From Octopus vulgaris (taxonomy: Eukaryota): DNA of 64,000 bases. The first letter of the stretch is position 1, and every line of letters starts with the position of its first letter. The notes beneath the pieces were generated by a model. It was not told the origin of the DNA, searched no databases, and saw only the letters and a program-made list of their open reading frames with translations. Made by a program: the position numbers and the translations under genes. Location of the stretch: contig OX597819.1 of assembly GCA_951406725.2 (NCBI GenBank), forward strand, positions 17,484,001 to 17,548,000, given 5' to 3'. Below, one piece after another: positions 38,805 to 53,962 of the stretch.

Positions 38805-39929
38805 CCCGCATGCATATAGACACACACATATCCATATATATATAACCATACATAGCCATACAAACACACACACTTATATAGTTATCTGTAAATCAATAGC
38901 TATATCTGTATCTTTCTATCAATCTAACTCTTGCTCTCCCTCTCTCTATCAATGTATCTGTATATACACGTATGTATGTATGTATGTATGTATGTATGTA
39001 TGTATGTATGTATGTATGTATGTATGTATGTATGTATGTGTGTATGTATGTATGTATGTATGTATGCATGCATATATGTATAAATGTATATAGCTCACAG
39101 CTCTGTTTATCATTCTTCTCTACAGATTCCTGTTGCTCATCCTAAACAGCTGTTGTCATGTTTTCTACCACAGCAGCATTGAATTTTTTATTCACATCAA
39201 AGCAACATCCCTCTGTTTTGTTTAACCTTTTCATATCAGGCAATTCCTATCAGACATTCAACTCATCATCTACACGCTTCTCACCGTTGATCGAAATCAA
39301 TGCTATAGCCATAATAGTGACGAGTTTCTTGACCTTGCTCCAATATTCTTTGATGTTTTTGCAGTTGTCATCTACGCATCTGTTGTTAATTGATATTTTA
39401 TGATCTGTCTTAATATTCAAGTTAAACTGGTCATCAGTGTAATAACAGCAGTTGCTGCTGCAGATTATTATTGATGAATTTATTTTCCGAATCAATATTA
39501 CACGTATTTTCCACAACGTGATTTATAATCGTAAATTTTCAAATCTATTTTGTTTTTTTATATTCTGTCGTCATTGATTTTTGCTGTTGGTCATTCCCTT
39601 CCATATGCAGAGCTGAACGACTCCACGCAAGACAACTGTATAATGCGTCTCTATTTAGTTCCTCTGACATTTATTCTCTGCTTACTGTGTTGTTGTCTCA
39701 ATTGCAATAGAATTAGTTCAGTTCCTTCACAGGCCTAATAACAAGAACTTTAAACTCCTCTCGCGTTCCGGTGAGTTTTCGCTATATCCGCATTCACTTT
39801 TCTCAAATGTCCGTTCCAGACGACAGCTGTCTGGCTTTTCAGCATTTTATCTTGTATGCTAAGAATCTTGTTGGGATTTCTCTTTGCAATCATCATCATC
39901 ATCACCGTCACTGTTTTGCACTTCTTGCC

Positions 39930-40500
39930 TGGATGGTAAGCAAGGAATCATTCTCAAATAATTTTCGGTTCCTTTTTTGATCATCGCAAAAACTCCTACA
40001 AACACTGGTATTGTAACCGCCTTGATATGTCACATTTTTGCGATTTCTATGAGCAAATCTTCATATTTTCTGAGCTTGTCAAATTCTTTTACTGGGATAT
40101 TATCACAAGGAATACTCATGTCGATGGATAAACAAACTTTATTGTTTTGCTCTTTCACAACAATATCTGAATGAATCGCTTTGAGGGGTTTTACCTGTAT
40201 GTACGTGAAAGTTCCAAAGAATCGTTAAATTTTCTCCCTCACTTACAGCCCCATGGTGTTGACTATTCCATTTGTCAACAGATTTGATCTTATAGTGCTG
40301 CCATATCAACCAGTGTAGATATTGGTCGTCCCCGTCATGTCTTGATTTATACCTCGCTGCTGCTAAAAACTTTACATCCAGAGATTAGGTGGTCCACTCT
40401 CTCAACCTAATCGCTGCAGAGTGGCAGCGGGGGGGGAGGCTGTTTAAGTCTCCTCCATGTTTCATCACATTAGCTAAGTAGTTCCGGGTCAATAAGCTTT
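39930..40500 (-). mobile_element. R4/Dong-like LINE remnant, restriction-like endonuclease domain
   Basis: Minus strand SDIVVKEQNNKVCLSIDMSIPCDNIPVKEFDKLRKYEDLLIEIAKM*HIKAVTIPVFVG fits a degenerate PD-(D/E)xK RLE pattern. Homologous to 53645-53926. Confidence 0.75.
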
Positions 40501-40583
40501 GATCATGAGTTATTTTTGTTGTTGTTACTATAATAAGAATAATGATGATAATGATGATGATGATGATGGTGATGATGATGTTG

Positions 40584-40717
<134 letters not shown>

Positions 40718-40744
40718 TATTATTATTATTATTATTGTGCTGCG

Positions 40745-42400
40745 AAATGCTGATGTCAGCTGAAGAGATACGTGACGTGTTGGCTAATTGCACGAGGGAA
40801 AAGTCTCCGGTATTGGATGGCGTTCCCTTCGAGCTTTATATTCATATGCCAGACTTGTTTGATGAGCTTTTGGTAGATGTCTACCGCAACTGGCAGCAGG
40901 ACGGGAAAATCCCCATATCTGTAAGCCGAATTTTGGTGACGCTACTGAGAAAGGATTCGATCAAGGGGAATATTATTGATAACTTTAGGCCTGTAGCTCT
41001 GCTAAATGCAGATTACAAAATCTTGGCCAAGTTGTTAGCAAAGAGGTTGGCGCTTGTTACCAGACTTGTCGGTGGTGTGCAGACTTGCACATCACCGATA
41101 ACAGATCTATATGCGACAAATTCCACCTCACACAATACATCATAGGGTGGTCTGGTAAAGAACCTGGCATGGATGAGGCCCTGATCAATTTGGATCAATC
41201 GAAAGCCTTCGATGGAGTCGACCATAAGTACTTGGAGGCTGACCTTAAGGCAGCTGGTTTCGGCCCCGTTTTCAGAGCCTGAATCGCTGCAAAGTACGAC
41301 ATCTGCTCGGTGATCAAAATAAATGACCGCCTATCAGAATTCTTTAGCATCGCACGTTCCGTCCGTTAAAGATGCCCACTCTCACCCCTTCTCTATGTAT
41401 TGATTTCGTTCCATTACTGCAGAAGCTGGATGTTTCGAGGGGTATCCCGCCTGAGATAGGATGCGGAAAGTTCGTGTTGGCGTGTGCGGACGACGTCACC
41501 GTGATAGTGTCAGATGTCTCGGAAATCGAGATGGTCGGCACTACCCTAAGGGCATACGAAACAGTGACAGGTGCAATGATTAACCAGGAGAAGTCAGTGG
41601 GTCTGCAGCTCTGCACCTGGAGAGGCAGGTCCATGCCAACCAACAGCGTTGTGGGGTGTGAACGGAAGGACCAGTCAAGTTGCTCTGCTTCGGTCCGGAC
41701 CTTTAAGTGAACAACTGGGGTGAGGTGACAGACACGGTGGTCAGTCTCATTCAGAAGTGGGCCGGGGGTGTCAAATGCGTACAAGGCATCTGTCAGTTAC
41801 TACTGTCTGACTGTCGTCCTTTGCCCCGCTTCGTGGCTGAACGGATTGGTGCGCTTGCTCTTTCGCTTCCTGTAGAAGGGACAGGTACCGCTTGTCAGCC
41901 GGTCCATTTGCTGTCAGTACTCGCTGCATAAGGACGGGCAAGACATGCGCTGAGGCTGCAACAGCTCCAGCGATGCCTTAATGGTGAGCAGATGTGGTCG
42001 CCGTTTGTTTGACGCGCTCTTGCGGTGCTCGTCTCCTTGACAGAGCTGCAATCCTGGATCAGGAGTAGACTGAAGCAGGGCGCTTGGCACCTAGAGTATC
42101 TCTAAGTGCTCACAGCCCTCAGCCGGTCGGGCAATGCGGTTGGTGAAAGTTCCACCTTGGAGCTCTATAGCGGATTAGAGGAGGATAAGTGCGACGATGT
42201 TCTTGGAGAGGTTCTGGGCGCCGTGAGGGATCTACTGGCTGGTCTATTCCGGAGGATTTTCAAGCCGGGACCTATGGAAAACTTCCAAATCCCTGGCCTG
42301 GCAGTGCTACCGGGGATCTCAGCTGGTTCGGGATAAGCTCCACATGTACGGGTGTGCAGTCAGATGATCTTTTCAGAGACGCACGCTGAGCGATGAAACT
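40745..42400 (+). mobile_element. Decayed L1/Tx1-like LINE reverse transcriptase
   Basis: Frameshifted RT motifs KSPVLDGVPFELY, NFRPVALLNADYKILAKLLAKRL, LDQSKAFDGVDH, ACADDVTV (YADD site) and GAMINQEKS. Confidence 0.85.
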
Positions 42401-42420
42401 GCACACGTGTGCGTGTGTGT

Positions 42421-42479
<59 letters not shown>

Positions 42480-43191
42480 CGAGACAGAGAAAGAGAAAGA
42501 GAGAAGCAGAGAAAGAAACAGGGAGTGAGGGAGAGATCGATAGAGACACCAAATTACACTGCGACCACTACGACACCTGACATATGGCGCATTGCCCACT
42601 TACTTGTCCAGGCAACGTCCATTTCATGGCGAGAGTGAGCACTAACATATGATTACTATAAACAAATCACCTGTCAGGAATGCTCCGCAAGAAGTTACAC
42701 AAACCTCATTTATAACAAGAGAGCCACCCATATCTCTACGGTTGCCAAGCAACTATCTCCACCATGGCCACAGCACTACCGCCATGCTGGCAAAATTTTA
42801 CGCTTAATGGAGTAAAATCTCATTCAATATTTTTTTCCCTTTTACTTCGTAGCTTCATAAACAGACAGAAGTTAGCAAAGTCTAATTTACTTTAGAAAAA
42901 AACCAAACTTACCAATTAAGAAGCCCGAAGAGAAGAAGTGATATGGAGATAAGTGTGGCCACGTTGCCTTTCCATAATAGCACCATCCCTTCTAAATTAC
43001 ATTGTTCTCTAAAATGAGTCAGGCTTCTTGTCTGTGGAGAATTATCTTCACTATTTGCAATTTACATAATTCTATTTTCATAATTTAATAATTTTCAACA
43101 TTTTTACCGTAGATACGATGTCGTGTTCTACCATTTCAAATTATTACTGGGAAAGTTATTTGCCTTTTCTGAAAATTATATATATGTGTGT

Positions 43192-43285
<94 letters not shown>

Positions 43286-43520
43286 ATTGGTTATATATGT
43301 CCATGTATACACGCATACGTGTGTATATAGAGGGAAGTGTGCACATAAAAGTGTCTGTGCGTCCACACATGCGTGTATGTATGCATATTATATATTGTTA
43401 GTTCTTATATAAGGTGGCTTATGTTAGTATGTTGTTGTGCTTAGATTTAAATTTGAGTTATTAAGTGTATATACGCGCGCGTGTTTTCAGGGCATATGTC
43501 TGTGTGTACGCAGACGCACA

Positions 43521-43585
<65 letters not shown>

Positions 43586-43590
43586 CTCTT

Positions 43591-43656
<66 letters not shown>

Positions 43657-45099
43657 CCTATCTATCTGTCTACCGGTTTGAATATTTATCTGAATATATA
43701 TATTTATATATCTCAATATACCTGTACCTATCTCCATGATTATATTTGTAAATATGAAAGTGTAAGCGTGCGTGTGCGTGTGTGTGTGTCTACTCATGTG
43801 GCTGTATAATAGATATAACAAAATGGTGTTCTAGCTAAAAGACTGTGAAATAATTTTATCTCACGTACGACAACATGTTCGAATTTCGCTCTGGAAATCC
43901 ACAATAGTAATTTAAAAATGCCTCTACTGCTTCGAGCCCTATGAGTTCCAGAGCCGGTTACGCGGTTTGCGTGGCTTCGAATTGACCGATATCGCAACAT
44001 TAAGCCTGAAAAGGACACCAGTGTAAATATAGAGTACTCTGATGCATGTTTTGATGCAGTATATCACAAGTATAGTTCCATCTTTGGATGATAACCGACG
44101 TAGATATTTTAAAAATAGACCCAGGAAAATAATATGGTTCGTCCCATCCCTCTCTAAATCTTAAAAGTAACGTAGGCAAGAATTTCCCAGTAAACTATAA
44201 ATAGAGGAAGAATTTTAATAGACGCTCGTTAAAAATATGATACAACTGAAGAAAATTATCACTCATAATCTTCACCAAGAGCCGACTCCCAGTTGTAACC
44301 GTCGAAATACTGAAGTTTGATCCCTTGAGCAGAGGTGTATGATAAAACTCTGTCGTCTATGAAGCAGAAATCACATCAACGCCTCAAAATAATGTTTATT
44401 AGTGAAAGTTATATTATAAGGGAGACGACACCGTTTGAAGGCACAAGGCTCTGAGTACTCGTATGTATATTTATTGAAACACTCGATTTCGATTTCATGA
44501 ATGTCCTTGCACTCATTTAGTCAGCTGCCCTTTCTTACTGAAAGTAGGTAGTGGACACTTATTAAACATGCAAAACAACCGTAGATACGCGAAACTTTGA
44601 AAAGAACGGCGAAGCTGGTTGCATATGTTAATTTACTAAAGGACTGGAAACATATTAGTTTTAAAGGTTTGAACATATATATGGATTTTGAATTTATCCA
44701 CCATCCCAAAAATAGTAAAAATGCACCCAGCTGCAAACCAAGAGATCTTGTTTTTTTTTTAAAAAACGTACCAAAAATATACATGGAACCCGTGTCACTG
44801 GGCTGAAGTTTGAAAGCAGATTAGTCTTTGGACACTACGATCAAATAAATGGTTAGTTAAGAAATCATATCGACAATCTAAAGTAAATAAAGTGCTAGAT
44901 ATTAATTTCGAAATTTCGGTTATAAAAAAGAAAATGTTTAAATACAGACGAGATGAACACGTTTCAATGCTGCGCGCCTTTATACCTTCTGCATATTTTA
45001 CAGCTAAATCGTAGGAGATGAAGAAAACTATAAATATATTTAAGTATATAATTTAAAGGGAAATAAAAGTAACTTGGATCCCAAGTTACTAACAAACTT

Positions 45100-47220
45100 A
45101 CGAAGACACATTCTCAAAACCAAACATTCATAAACATTAAAATATAACACTTCAAAGAAAGAATGCATAAAGAAGACAGCAATACGAGAGAAGGAAATAG
45201 AAAAACAAAAGAAAACATAGAATGATTAAATATGAAACGAAACAAGAAAGTCATTGGCAATGCAAGCCATGAAGATAGATCTTCTACAGCCAAAATAAAC
45301 AAGACAAAAACGAACTTGTAAAAGAAGCTGAACAGAGAGCATTTACATAATATTGGTCAATAAAAGCAAAGCAGAACAGCAGAAACGATAACATGAATAA
45401 AAGAAAACATGAAGAATATTCAACAATGGAAAATTATTTAAAGTTGGAAATCATGAACATGACAATAATTTAAATTCAAAAGAATAATGAGTCTTGCTTT
45501 GGACCAACAAATGACTTCCCAGCGGATACAACACAACAATAAAATATCAACAAAAATGTTTCAAAAAATGCAATCCTGACCATCGTAAGCCAATTGAAAA
45601 TAGACACAAACATGATTATTATGAAGATAAATGAAATAATTTATGCAACAGCAACAGCAATTATAAAGAAGCTTCGGTATCGCCTCTCATCTCGTCATCG
45701 TGTAAGAGCAAAATGTAAACAAATAAAGAGTCGAAAATAAGCTATCAATACTTAATGAAATTAATGAGTAAAAGACATAACGGAAGGAAAAGGAGAGACA
45801 AATATTCCAGGAATGTAAGAAAAAATAAGAAATAGTCGTCTGGAAGAAAAGATCTTCGCAATATCGCAAAAAGCCCGTTGTTATGAAAGCAAAAATTGCT
45901 TCACTTCAAACCAAGTAACATAATCAAGAATTAGGTGAATATAAAATATCAATCAATGCTTCACTATCTTAAAAATAGGTAAAAGCGTTTATACATGTAT
46001 GCGCAGCAAAATAGTAGCGGCAGAGGGAATTGTTGAAAACAACCGGTGAAGTGTCTGAGCAGACATTTTGTGTGATTTCAAATCAAGAAGCTGAATATAG
46101 AGAACAAACAGTGAACAGTTGAAAGGCAACAGAAAATGGATGTCTAACCTCTAATTGTAATAGTGAACAGGCAAAAGTAAAGATCTTTAAGAACCGTTGA
46201 AAGAGTTTGGAAGAAGAGTTAAGTGACTGACGGTGTGTGGAAGAGAATCTAAATTTTGTGTAAGAGAAAATTGTAAAATCCTCAGTCATAACCTTCCAGT
46301 ACTCGACTTATAAAAGCCTGAACTACATTTGTGTTGTAGGGAATAAATAAGTACGCGGGGAAAAGATCTGTTCCAGATGAGTAAAAGGAACATTGCAAAG
46401 GTTGAAACAGCTGCAAAGATCAATTACTGACCAAGAATCTATAATTGAAGACTATTTCAAAATATCTAGTGGAGAACTAGAAAAATATGTATGAAAGAAT
46501 TATGGGAAATGTATAAAAATAACAAACGAAACACAAAGTAAATCTAAATCAATGTCTTTTCTGTTTAAGTATGTTGACCTATGAATTAGAGATGATGAAC
46601 TGAGACTTGTGAAAAGGAAAAAAGAAAGTACATTAGACATTGCTAAGCAAGTAAGATCTATGCAAACAGTGAGCTTATTGCATATCATAGAAAATGCAAG
46701 ACAGATCACCATATGACCAGCATAAGGTAAGACTGTAAGGGGAAGACAATAACAACTAAAAGCTGAGGATGACATTTGTGATTGCAACACAAAATGAAAG
46801 ACTTTCAAATGCAAACCACCAAAAATGTATAATGATTCCTGATTTAGGTACAAGGGTAGCAATTTTGTGGAAATGGAGTTAGTCGAAAAGATGTTTACAG
46901 AAGAAATTCAAGAAATATCCATACAAAGATTTGGGAATAGGGGCAACCAGAAAAATGAAGGTACTGAGGTGAGAGGAAATTCTTACAACACAACATGTGT
47001 TGGGGATAATTTAAATAATGAAAACCAAAGCCCCATAACATAAATTTATACAAAACGCATAAAAAGTCTTTATCAAGCAGTGGGCAAGGATATTACTCCG
47101 AAGATTTCAAATGTAATTTGAAAATATAGAACAATACAGTGATGTTGTTAAGGTGCACGAAAGTATGTTTAATTGTGAAGGAAAAAACCATATAAGACAT
47201 GTAAGACTATTAAATGGCAA
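45100..47220 (+). mobile_element. Probable highly decayed LINE (possibly Dong-like)
   Basis: Long A-rich stop-riddled block ending in (TAA)n. No clean motif recovered. Confidence 0.3.
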
Positions 47221-47221
47221 G

Positions 47222-47300
<79 letters not shown>

Positions 47301-47496
47301 GAGTAGTAGTAGTAATAATAATAACAATATTAATAGTAATATTAACAACAACAACATCAACAATCATGATAGTAATAACATTATCAAAAGTAAAAGTAAC
47401 GATAATGATAATAATAATAGTAATAATAATAAATAATGTTGATGAGGATGATGATGATGATGGTGATAGTAAAAAGCAACAACGTCAACCAAAAGC

Positions 47497-47569
<73 letters not shown>

Positions 47570-50263
47570 GCAATGGAACTTTTTTCCCGAGAAGATAAAA
47601 ATATCTCAAACACCATTAATAACTACTTTTGTGTTTTTAACTATTGAAGTTAAGAGGAATAAAATAGTGGTATATAAGGGGGAGAGAAAGAGAGAGAGTG
47701 TGTGAGAGAGAGAGAGAGAAAGAGAGAAGAAAAAATAACAGTTTGCCAAGAAGGAAATATCTCACGTGACATTGGCCATTTTCAAAATGGAGGTATTTAC
47801 TTTAGTTCTGCATTTTAAAGCACATTGTCAGCGTAATGTAACATTAGATAGATCTATATTGCCAACGGCAGTGATTCTTGTCTTGCGGCATGCTAACATC
47901 ACGATTTGTCATACAAAAGCATTCTCTGATAATCCTGCATTAATCTTTGGAAATTTATCCTGATTTCCGCTTAAGCATTACTAGACTTGGCACATGTCTC
48001 AAGGCTACAGGTAAGTCATGTAACGATAGCGGAGGAAAGAGAGTGAAAAGAAAAATAATCAATATTGAGGAATAATAGCAATGCCAGGTAATTTTAAAAG
48101 ATTTTAGTAATAAGGGATATCATGATTCACTTGAAACAGTGAAGACAAGTGTGTGAAGAAAATACATTTAAGCTGTGTAGATAATAGGATATAATGTGAG
48201 GCATATGCTGCTAACGATCCTCTTAAGAGAAGTAGTTGCTAAATCTACCTCAAACTTCAGTTTACCAGCTTAAAAGAAAGAATACCGTCTGCAGTGAATT
48301 CGTTGCTATTCAAAAAAGACAGAATCATCTTGACTAGAACATCAACAACTGGGTATGAGAGAGAAAGACAGAGAGAGAAAGGGAGAGAGAGAGAGAGACA
48401 GAGAGAGGGAGAGGAATGTAGCTAGACTAAGTCGTTATGAGATTAAGTGCATTGTTCTAAATAGAAGTTAAATCTTCGTCAAATCCCACAGTTTAAATAA
48501 AAGAATATCTGCCGAAGGGAGCCACTCTGACACTGTCTCAACCAAAAAGAATGGTGGCCAGAACGATTTTAAAGTTATTTATGCTGAATCGAACAGCGGA
48601 GCAGTAAATTTGATAGTTCTGTGGAATACAATCAAAGATTGAGTTCAGAATTATCAATGGTGCTCCATTCATTTACGTAAATAAATCTTGTATGGTTCTG
48701 CCAGAGGGACCAATACAAAGGGCATGTGTTGAAATCCTTGTGACCACAGATCGATAATCGTCCGGTACTGATCTACTATTTTTGTCCTATACCCCAAAAC
48801 GTCCATAAAAGATCTTATCGCCGGACGAACACCGCTGTCTCTTTGGCTTTCCGTGACGTGTTTGCATCAAGTATGGACACACCGACGATCATATAAGTTA
48901 ATATATCTTAATTTGTTGGCGTTGTAAGAATGTGAAATCAAATCTTTGCGAAAACCACCGCTGTGTGACGAAACATTTGTTCAAATGAAAATAATTAATT
49001 AATAAGTAACCCTTCAATTAATTTACAATAGAGAAGGAAACTACAATCTGTGGTTTTCTTTTCATTGGGAGAATTACTTAGTCCAAGTACAAAAATAACT
49101 ACTTTTTTTTATATAATTACTTTATATATTGTATGTGTCTGAATTACATCAAACTTTTAATGTTCTGATACATGCTATAGAATGTATTTTCCCACACTCG
49201 TTTATATATAACTTTATCTCAACTGGTTTTCAAGGCGATATGTATATTTATTTTATTGCAAAGGTGTAAATGCCCTCATGACAATAAAAGACGCGATTCT
49301 TCTTCTTCTTCTTCTTCTTCTTCTTCTTCTTCTTCTTCTTCTTCTTCTTCTTCTTGTTTTTCTTGTTCTTCTTCTTCTTCTTCTTGTTCTTGTTCTTGTT
49401 CTTTTTCTTCTTCTTCTTCTTGTTCTTCTTCTTGTTCTTCTTCTTGTTCTTCTTCTTGTTCTTCTTGTTCTTGTTCTTCTTCTTCTTTTTCTTCTTCTTG
49501 TTCTTGTTCTTCTTCTTGTTCTGCTTCTTCTTCTTCTTCTTGTTCTTCTTTTTCTTCTTCTTGTTCTTGTTCTTCTTCTTCTTCTTCTTCTTCTTCTTTA
49601 CTAGTTGTAGTAGTAGTAGTAGTAGTAGAAACAGCCGGAGCCACAGTACTGTTTGCGTTTGTTGACCTCCGACACGATTCACTCACGCTCGGTATTCTTT
49701 GAGTTTACTTCATTTGATCGACAAAGACTTTTCTTTGAGTATTAAAACCTCTGGGATATTTGTAGGTCTATCTATTGGCAGAAAAAAAACCCCTCCCTTT
49801 TTAAAAATATGATTTAAATTTCCACAGCAATTTGCATATTAAACATTCTTTAGAACAGCCTCGATTTCGATAGTGCTTTCGGATATTTTGCGGAAAACAA
49901 TTATTCCCCAAAAGAGGGAAAAAATAAAAATAAATAGAAAGAAACCATATAACACTTACAGAAGCTGACACTTAGAAATAATAGTTGTAGGAATAGAATG
50001 GTATCAAAGCAGAAAGAATTCGACAAAAGCAGTAAATATTTTCCTACAAGACAGAAATTATGAATATGTGCCGACTCTCACTACAAAAATGTTTGGGGTT
50101 CTTTATGACTGAAACTTATGTTTTCATACGATTTTATCGGGTTAAAAGGATAAGGAGTCAAATGACATAATTCTGTCTCTCAAAAATCAAGTGGGGTTTC
50201 ACTGTATTCTCAAAGAAACAATTGAAGGAAGCTTTGGTTGATATATGCGATGTTGTGGCTTAA

Positions 50264-50493
50264 GGCGGCCAGCTGGCAGAGACGTTAGCACGCCGGGCGA
50301 AATGCGTAGCCGTATATCGTCTGCGGTTACGTTCTGAGTTCAAATTCCGCCGAGGTCGACTTTGCCTTTCATCCTTTCGGGATCGATAAATTAAGTACCA
50401 GTTACGCACTGGGGTCGATGTAATCAACTTAATCCGTTTGTCTGTCCTTGTTTGTCTCCTCTGTATTTAGCCCCTTGTGGGTATTAAAAAAGA
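50264..50493 (+). mobile_element. Full-length tRNA-derived SINE with about 23-bp TSD
   Basis: A-box-like TGGCAGAGACG and B-box-like GAGTTCAAATTCC. TSD atatatgcgatgttgtggcttaa (50241-50263) versus atatatacgatgttgtgacttga (50495-50517). Confidence 0.9.
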
Positions 50494-51304
50494 TATATAT
50501 ACGATGTTGTGACTTGAATCGATCAAGGTAAGACATTTGCTAAATATTCCAAAACCGACAAAGAGCCCAAATGGCCGAGTTGGTGTGCTACTCATCTTCT
50601 CTCAGGCACGTGCAGCAATATAGCATCACGACTGGGGACATTCATTGTGATTGGCTATTGGTATGAATGACGTCATTTTTACGAGGCATTTCACTAATTT
50701 TGAAAACTAGTATGACGAAAAACATCTTATGAGCCAAGCCATGCTGGAGCTGTACATGAATGTAGGTGTAGAAAAAGAAATTGATACATTTAGTGTTGCC
50801 GAGCAGAGACTTCAATTGTTACACAACGTAGCAACAAGGACCCTTTGAAAGCATCTTCTCTGAAGAGTAAGATAAGGTAAGGAGAGCAGGGAGTAATTAC
50901 AGAGGAAAAATAGGGGGCAGTCGAAGAAACTGCTTTTTCATAACGTCAAAAAGAACAAGCTCCACATATGAGCAAAAGTATTTTGGTAAGCCCTAGTATA
51001 AGCAAAGTTGAATCTGAGTCGGACGAACTCCCATCCAGTACCATTACTAACAATATTCCGTTGCTGATGGACAAATGGATGCAGACAGAAGAAAAGAACC
51101 ATAGAAAATGTTCTAGATGCATACACAAACCCGCAATCTCACCTTAGATGGGCCACAGCAAAGAGGAAATGCAAGTGGATATGTTGAACGTCTTGACATA
51201 TCTAAAGTCAATATCCATAGCAGTGAGAAAGAGTTCGTGTGAGTGATAAAGTTTTTTTATTCCTATTGAGTGTGTTTTATCCTCATTTATTGTATCTAAA
51301 ATCA

Positions 51305-51341
<37 letters not shown>

Positions 51342-51476
51342 AAAGCTTTTATCCCATGAGGTCTGTATATTGAGAGGCGTCATGTAATCCTTGTAATCCC
51401 CTTTTGTAGAGCCTGGTTATGCCTATTATTGGCCAATAGGACTATAAATGAAATAATAATAATAATAATAATAATG

Positions 51477-51622
<146 letters not shown>

Positions 51623-51649
51623 CGAGAGGTTATATGACAACTGTCTTTA

Positions 51650-53200
51650 CTCGTTCTGACCATTTGAGATTTAAAATCAAACACAGCAGTAATCATAATT
51701 GATTACTTTTCGGATAACTTTCTGGAAAGCTTCAAAGCTGCTTCACATCCCGGTTGAAATATAAGTTCTGTCATTTTGGGGTAATTTATTTTTTGTTGAC
51801 TCATCTCATAAACAAAATGTCAAACTGAACAAATTCTTTCTTTCATTTCTTATTTTCTATGTATTTACATTCACCATGGCAAATGGTTCGATGTCTGATG
51901 TTGTTGTTTGCGTATTTATTTATCTGCTCGTATTTCTTATCACTACTAGGTTAGCTATGATTATTTAGGTGGTTTCTGATTGCTGTCTGGCCATTCTGGT
52001 TGTCTCTATTTTCAGATCCTTTCCACTTCCTATGAAAGAGAGTATCATTTGTTCAAAATTTTACTTCACTTAGTGGGTATTTCTAGTATTCTTTGACAAC
52101 AATATTTATCAGAGAAGTTTTCATCTCTTCTAGTTGCAAATGGTGAATATCAGAAATTGTGCTCACTTTGTCAGCCTTCGCAGTGTATATTAACACCACC
52201 TTTTTTTCTGTAAATAATCGTAATTCTGGTATAACGTCCAGTGCATTTAAAGACCCATCTCTTTTATGATGTATTATTTCTTGGTTAAGCCTGGGCAGCA
52301 AGAAACTGTATTTTTATGATTTCTTACGAACCACTACATATTCTGTAGTTACTTATTATCTTCTGCTTCGTTAGATGCTTTTGTTTTACTTTTTTTGTTG
52401 GAAGGTTTTGATCCTGTAAAACGATTTAGAATCTTTCATATTCAGCTTTGATTCTTGCTCTTCTCAAGCAGATGAAATTCTGCTTGTCCTGATCAGTTTT
52501 TTCCTCTATTACCCATACAGGGGGCATCTAAGGCTTTTCTGTTAACGTTGCAATTTTAGCTTATAATATCTTATTTAGCTTTTTATGATTTTAAGCCTTT
52601 TTTTCAGTTTTTCTTTTCTATTTCCTCTTAACAGCTATCATTTTGGACAATCTTCTGTATATGTTGGATTTCTAGAAAGCATAAAACCCTTACGGTCATG
52701 GTTTGTAGCTGTTTGTGGCAGATTTAAATTAGTTTTACAAAATAATTTTCATATCCTACGATAGATATTTTATAATAATTTTCTGGTTGCATTATGTCTC
52801 TCTTCTGTATTCTTGGCAAGCAGAATCTTTATCAGATCTGAAATAGTTCATTTTGAAGGAAATGATTATATTTTGTATTTGTATCTAGTTTTGCTAATTT
52901 ATTTTCCGTCCAGTTGAGGAGAGTTTTACTTAACACTGGGACAACTTTGATCATTATTTCTTCATATTTTACATTTAGTTCGCTTTTGTTTATAATCTAA
53001 TCCGTCTATTATATTCTATGCTAATGGATTTTTTTTACCACGAATGGATTCTTTTCTGTCTAGTTCATTAATTCCAAGGTATTTGTATGGCTGTTGTGAT
53101 CGATCGAATTCTTGTATCAAAGCATTTTTTAAAAATCTAGCATTAGCATTCTTATTAAGTTCCTTCTCTGGAATACTGACTTGGTGCAGTTAACTAATCG
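51650..53200 (-). mobile_element. Probable highly decayed LINE between (ATT)n tracts
   Basis: T-rich block with a minus-strand QPYKYLG motif (about 53075-53095, RT thumb-like YKYLG). Bounded by ATT repeats. Confidence 0.45.
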
Positions 53201-53223
53201 GCAACATGTTATTATTATTGTTG

Positions 53224-53296
<73 letters not shown>

Positions 53297-53358
53297 CATA
53301 ATCATCATCATCATCGTCGTCGTCGTCGTCGTCGTCATCATCATCATCATCATTATCA

Positions 53359-53429
<71 letters not shown>

Positions 53430-53431
<2 letters not shown>

Positions 53432-53926
53432 CTTCTTTCAATTCTGTTTACATTCCTTGCCGAGTGTCTTTCTGACACCTAGAGTAGAGAAACACATTGT
53501 ATACATTGGTAGGCCATTAAAATAAACACACCATATTGTTCAAATGCAAATTCACGTGATAGAGAAAAAGGGGAAGACAGAGAGAAAAAGGAAAATAAAA
53601 AAGTAAACAAAGAGAATAAAGGGGGAAAAAGAAAAGAAAATTCCTTACGACAATGCTCCTCTCAACACGTGTGACCTACCAGTTAAGACAATCATTTGCA
53701 CTCCCTGCATGGACGGTAAGCCAGGGATCATTCTTAAATAAGTTTTACAATTCCTTTTTTGATCATTCCAAGTGCTCCTACAATCACTGGTATTATAACC
53801 GTCTTGAGATGCCACATCTTTTTGATTTCGGTTTGCAGATCTTTATATTTTCTGAGCTTATCAAATTATTTTGTCACAGGGTATGCTCATGTCAATGAAT
53901 AAACAGACTTTATTGTCTTGGTCTAT
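53430..53926 (-). mobile_element. 5'-truncated R4/Dong-like LINE 3' end inserted in (TAA)n
   Basis: Minus strand KVCLFIDMSIPCD...DKLRKYKDLQTEIKKMWHLKTVIIPVIVGALGMIKKG...HVLRGALS*, then a 3' UTR and (TAA)n. Confidence 0.8.
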
Positions 53927-53962
53927 TATTATTATTATTATTTTAGTAATATTAAATTTCTA

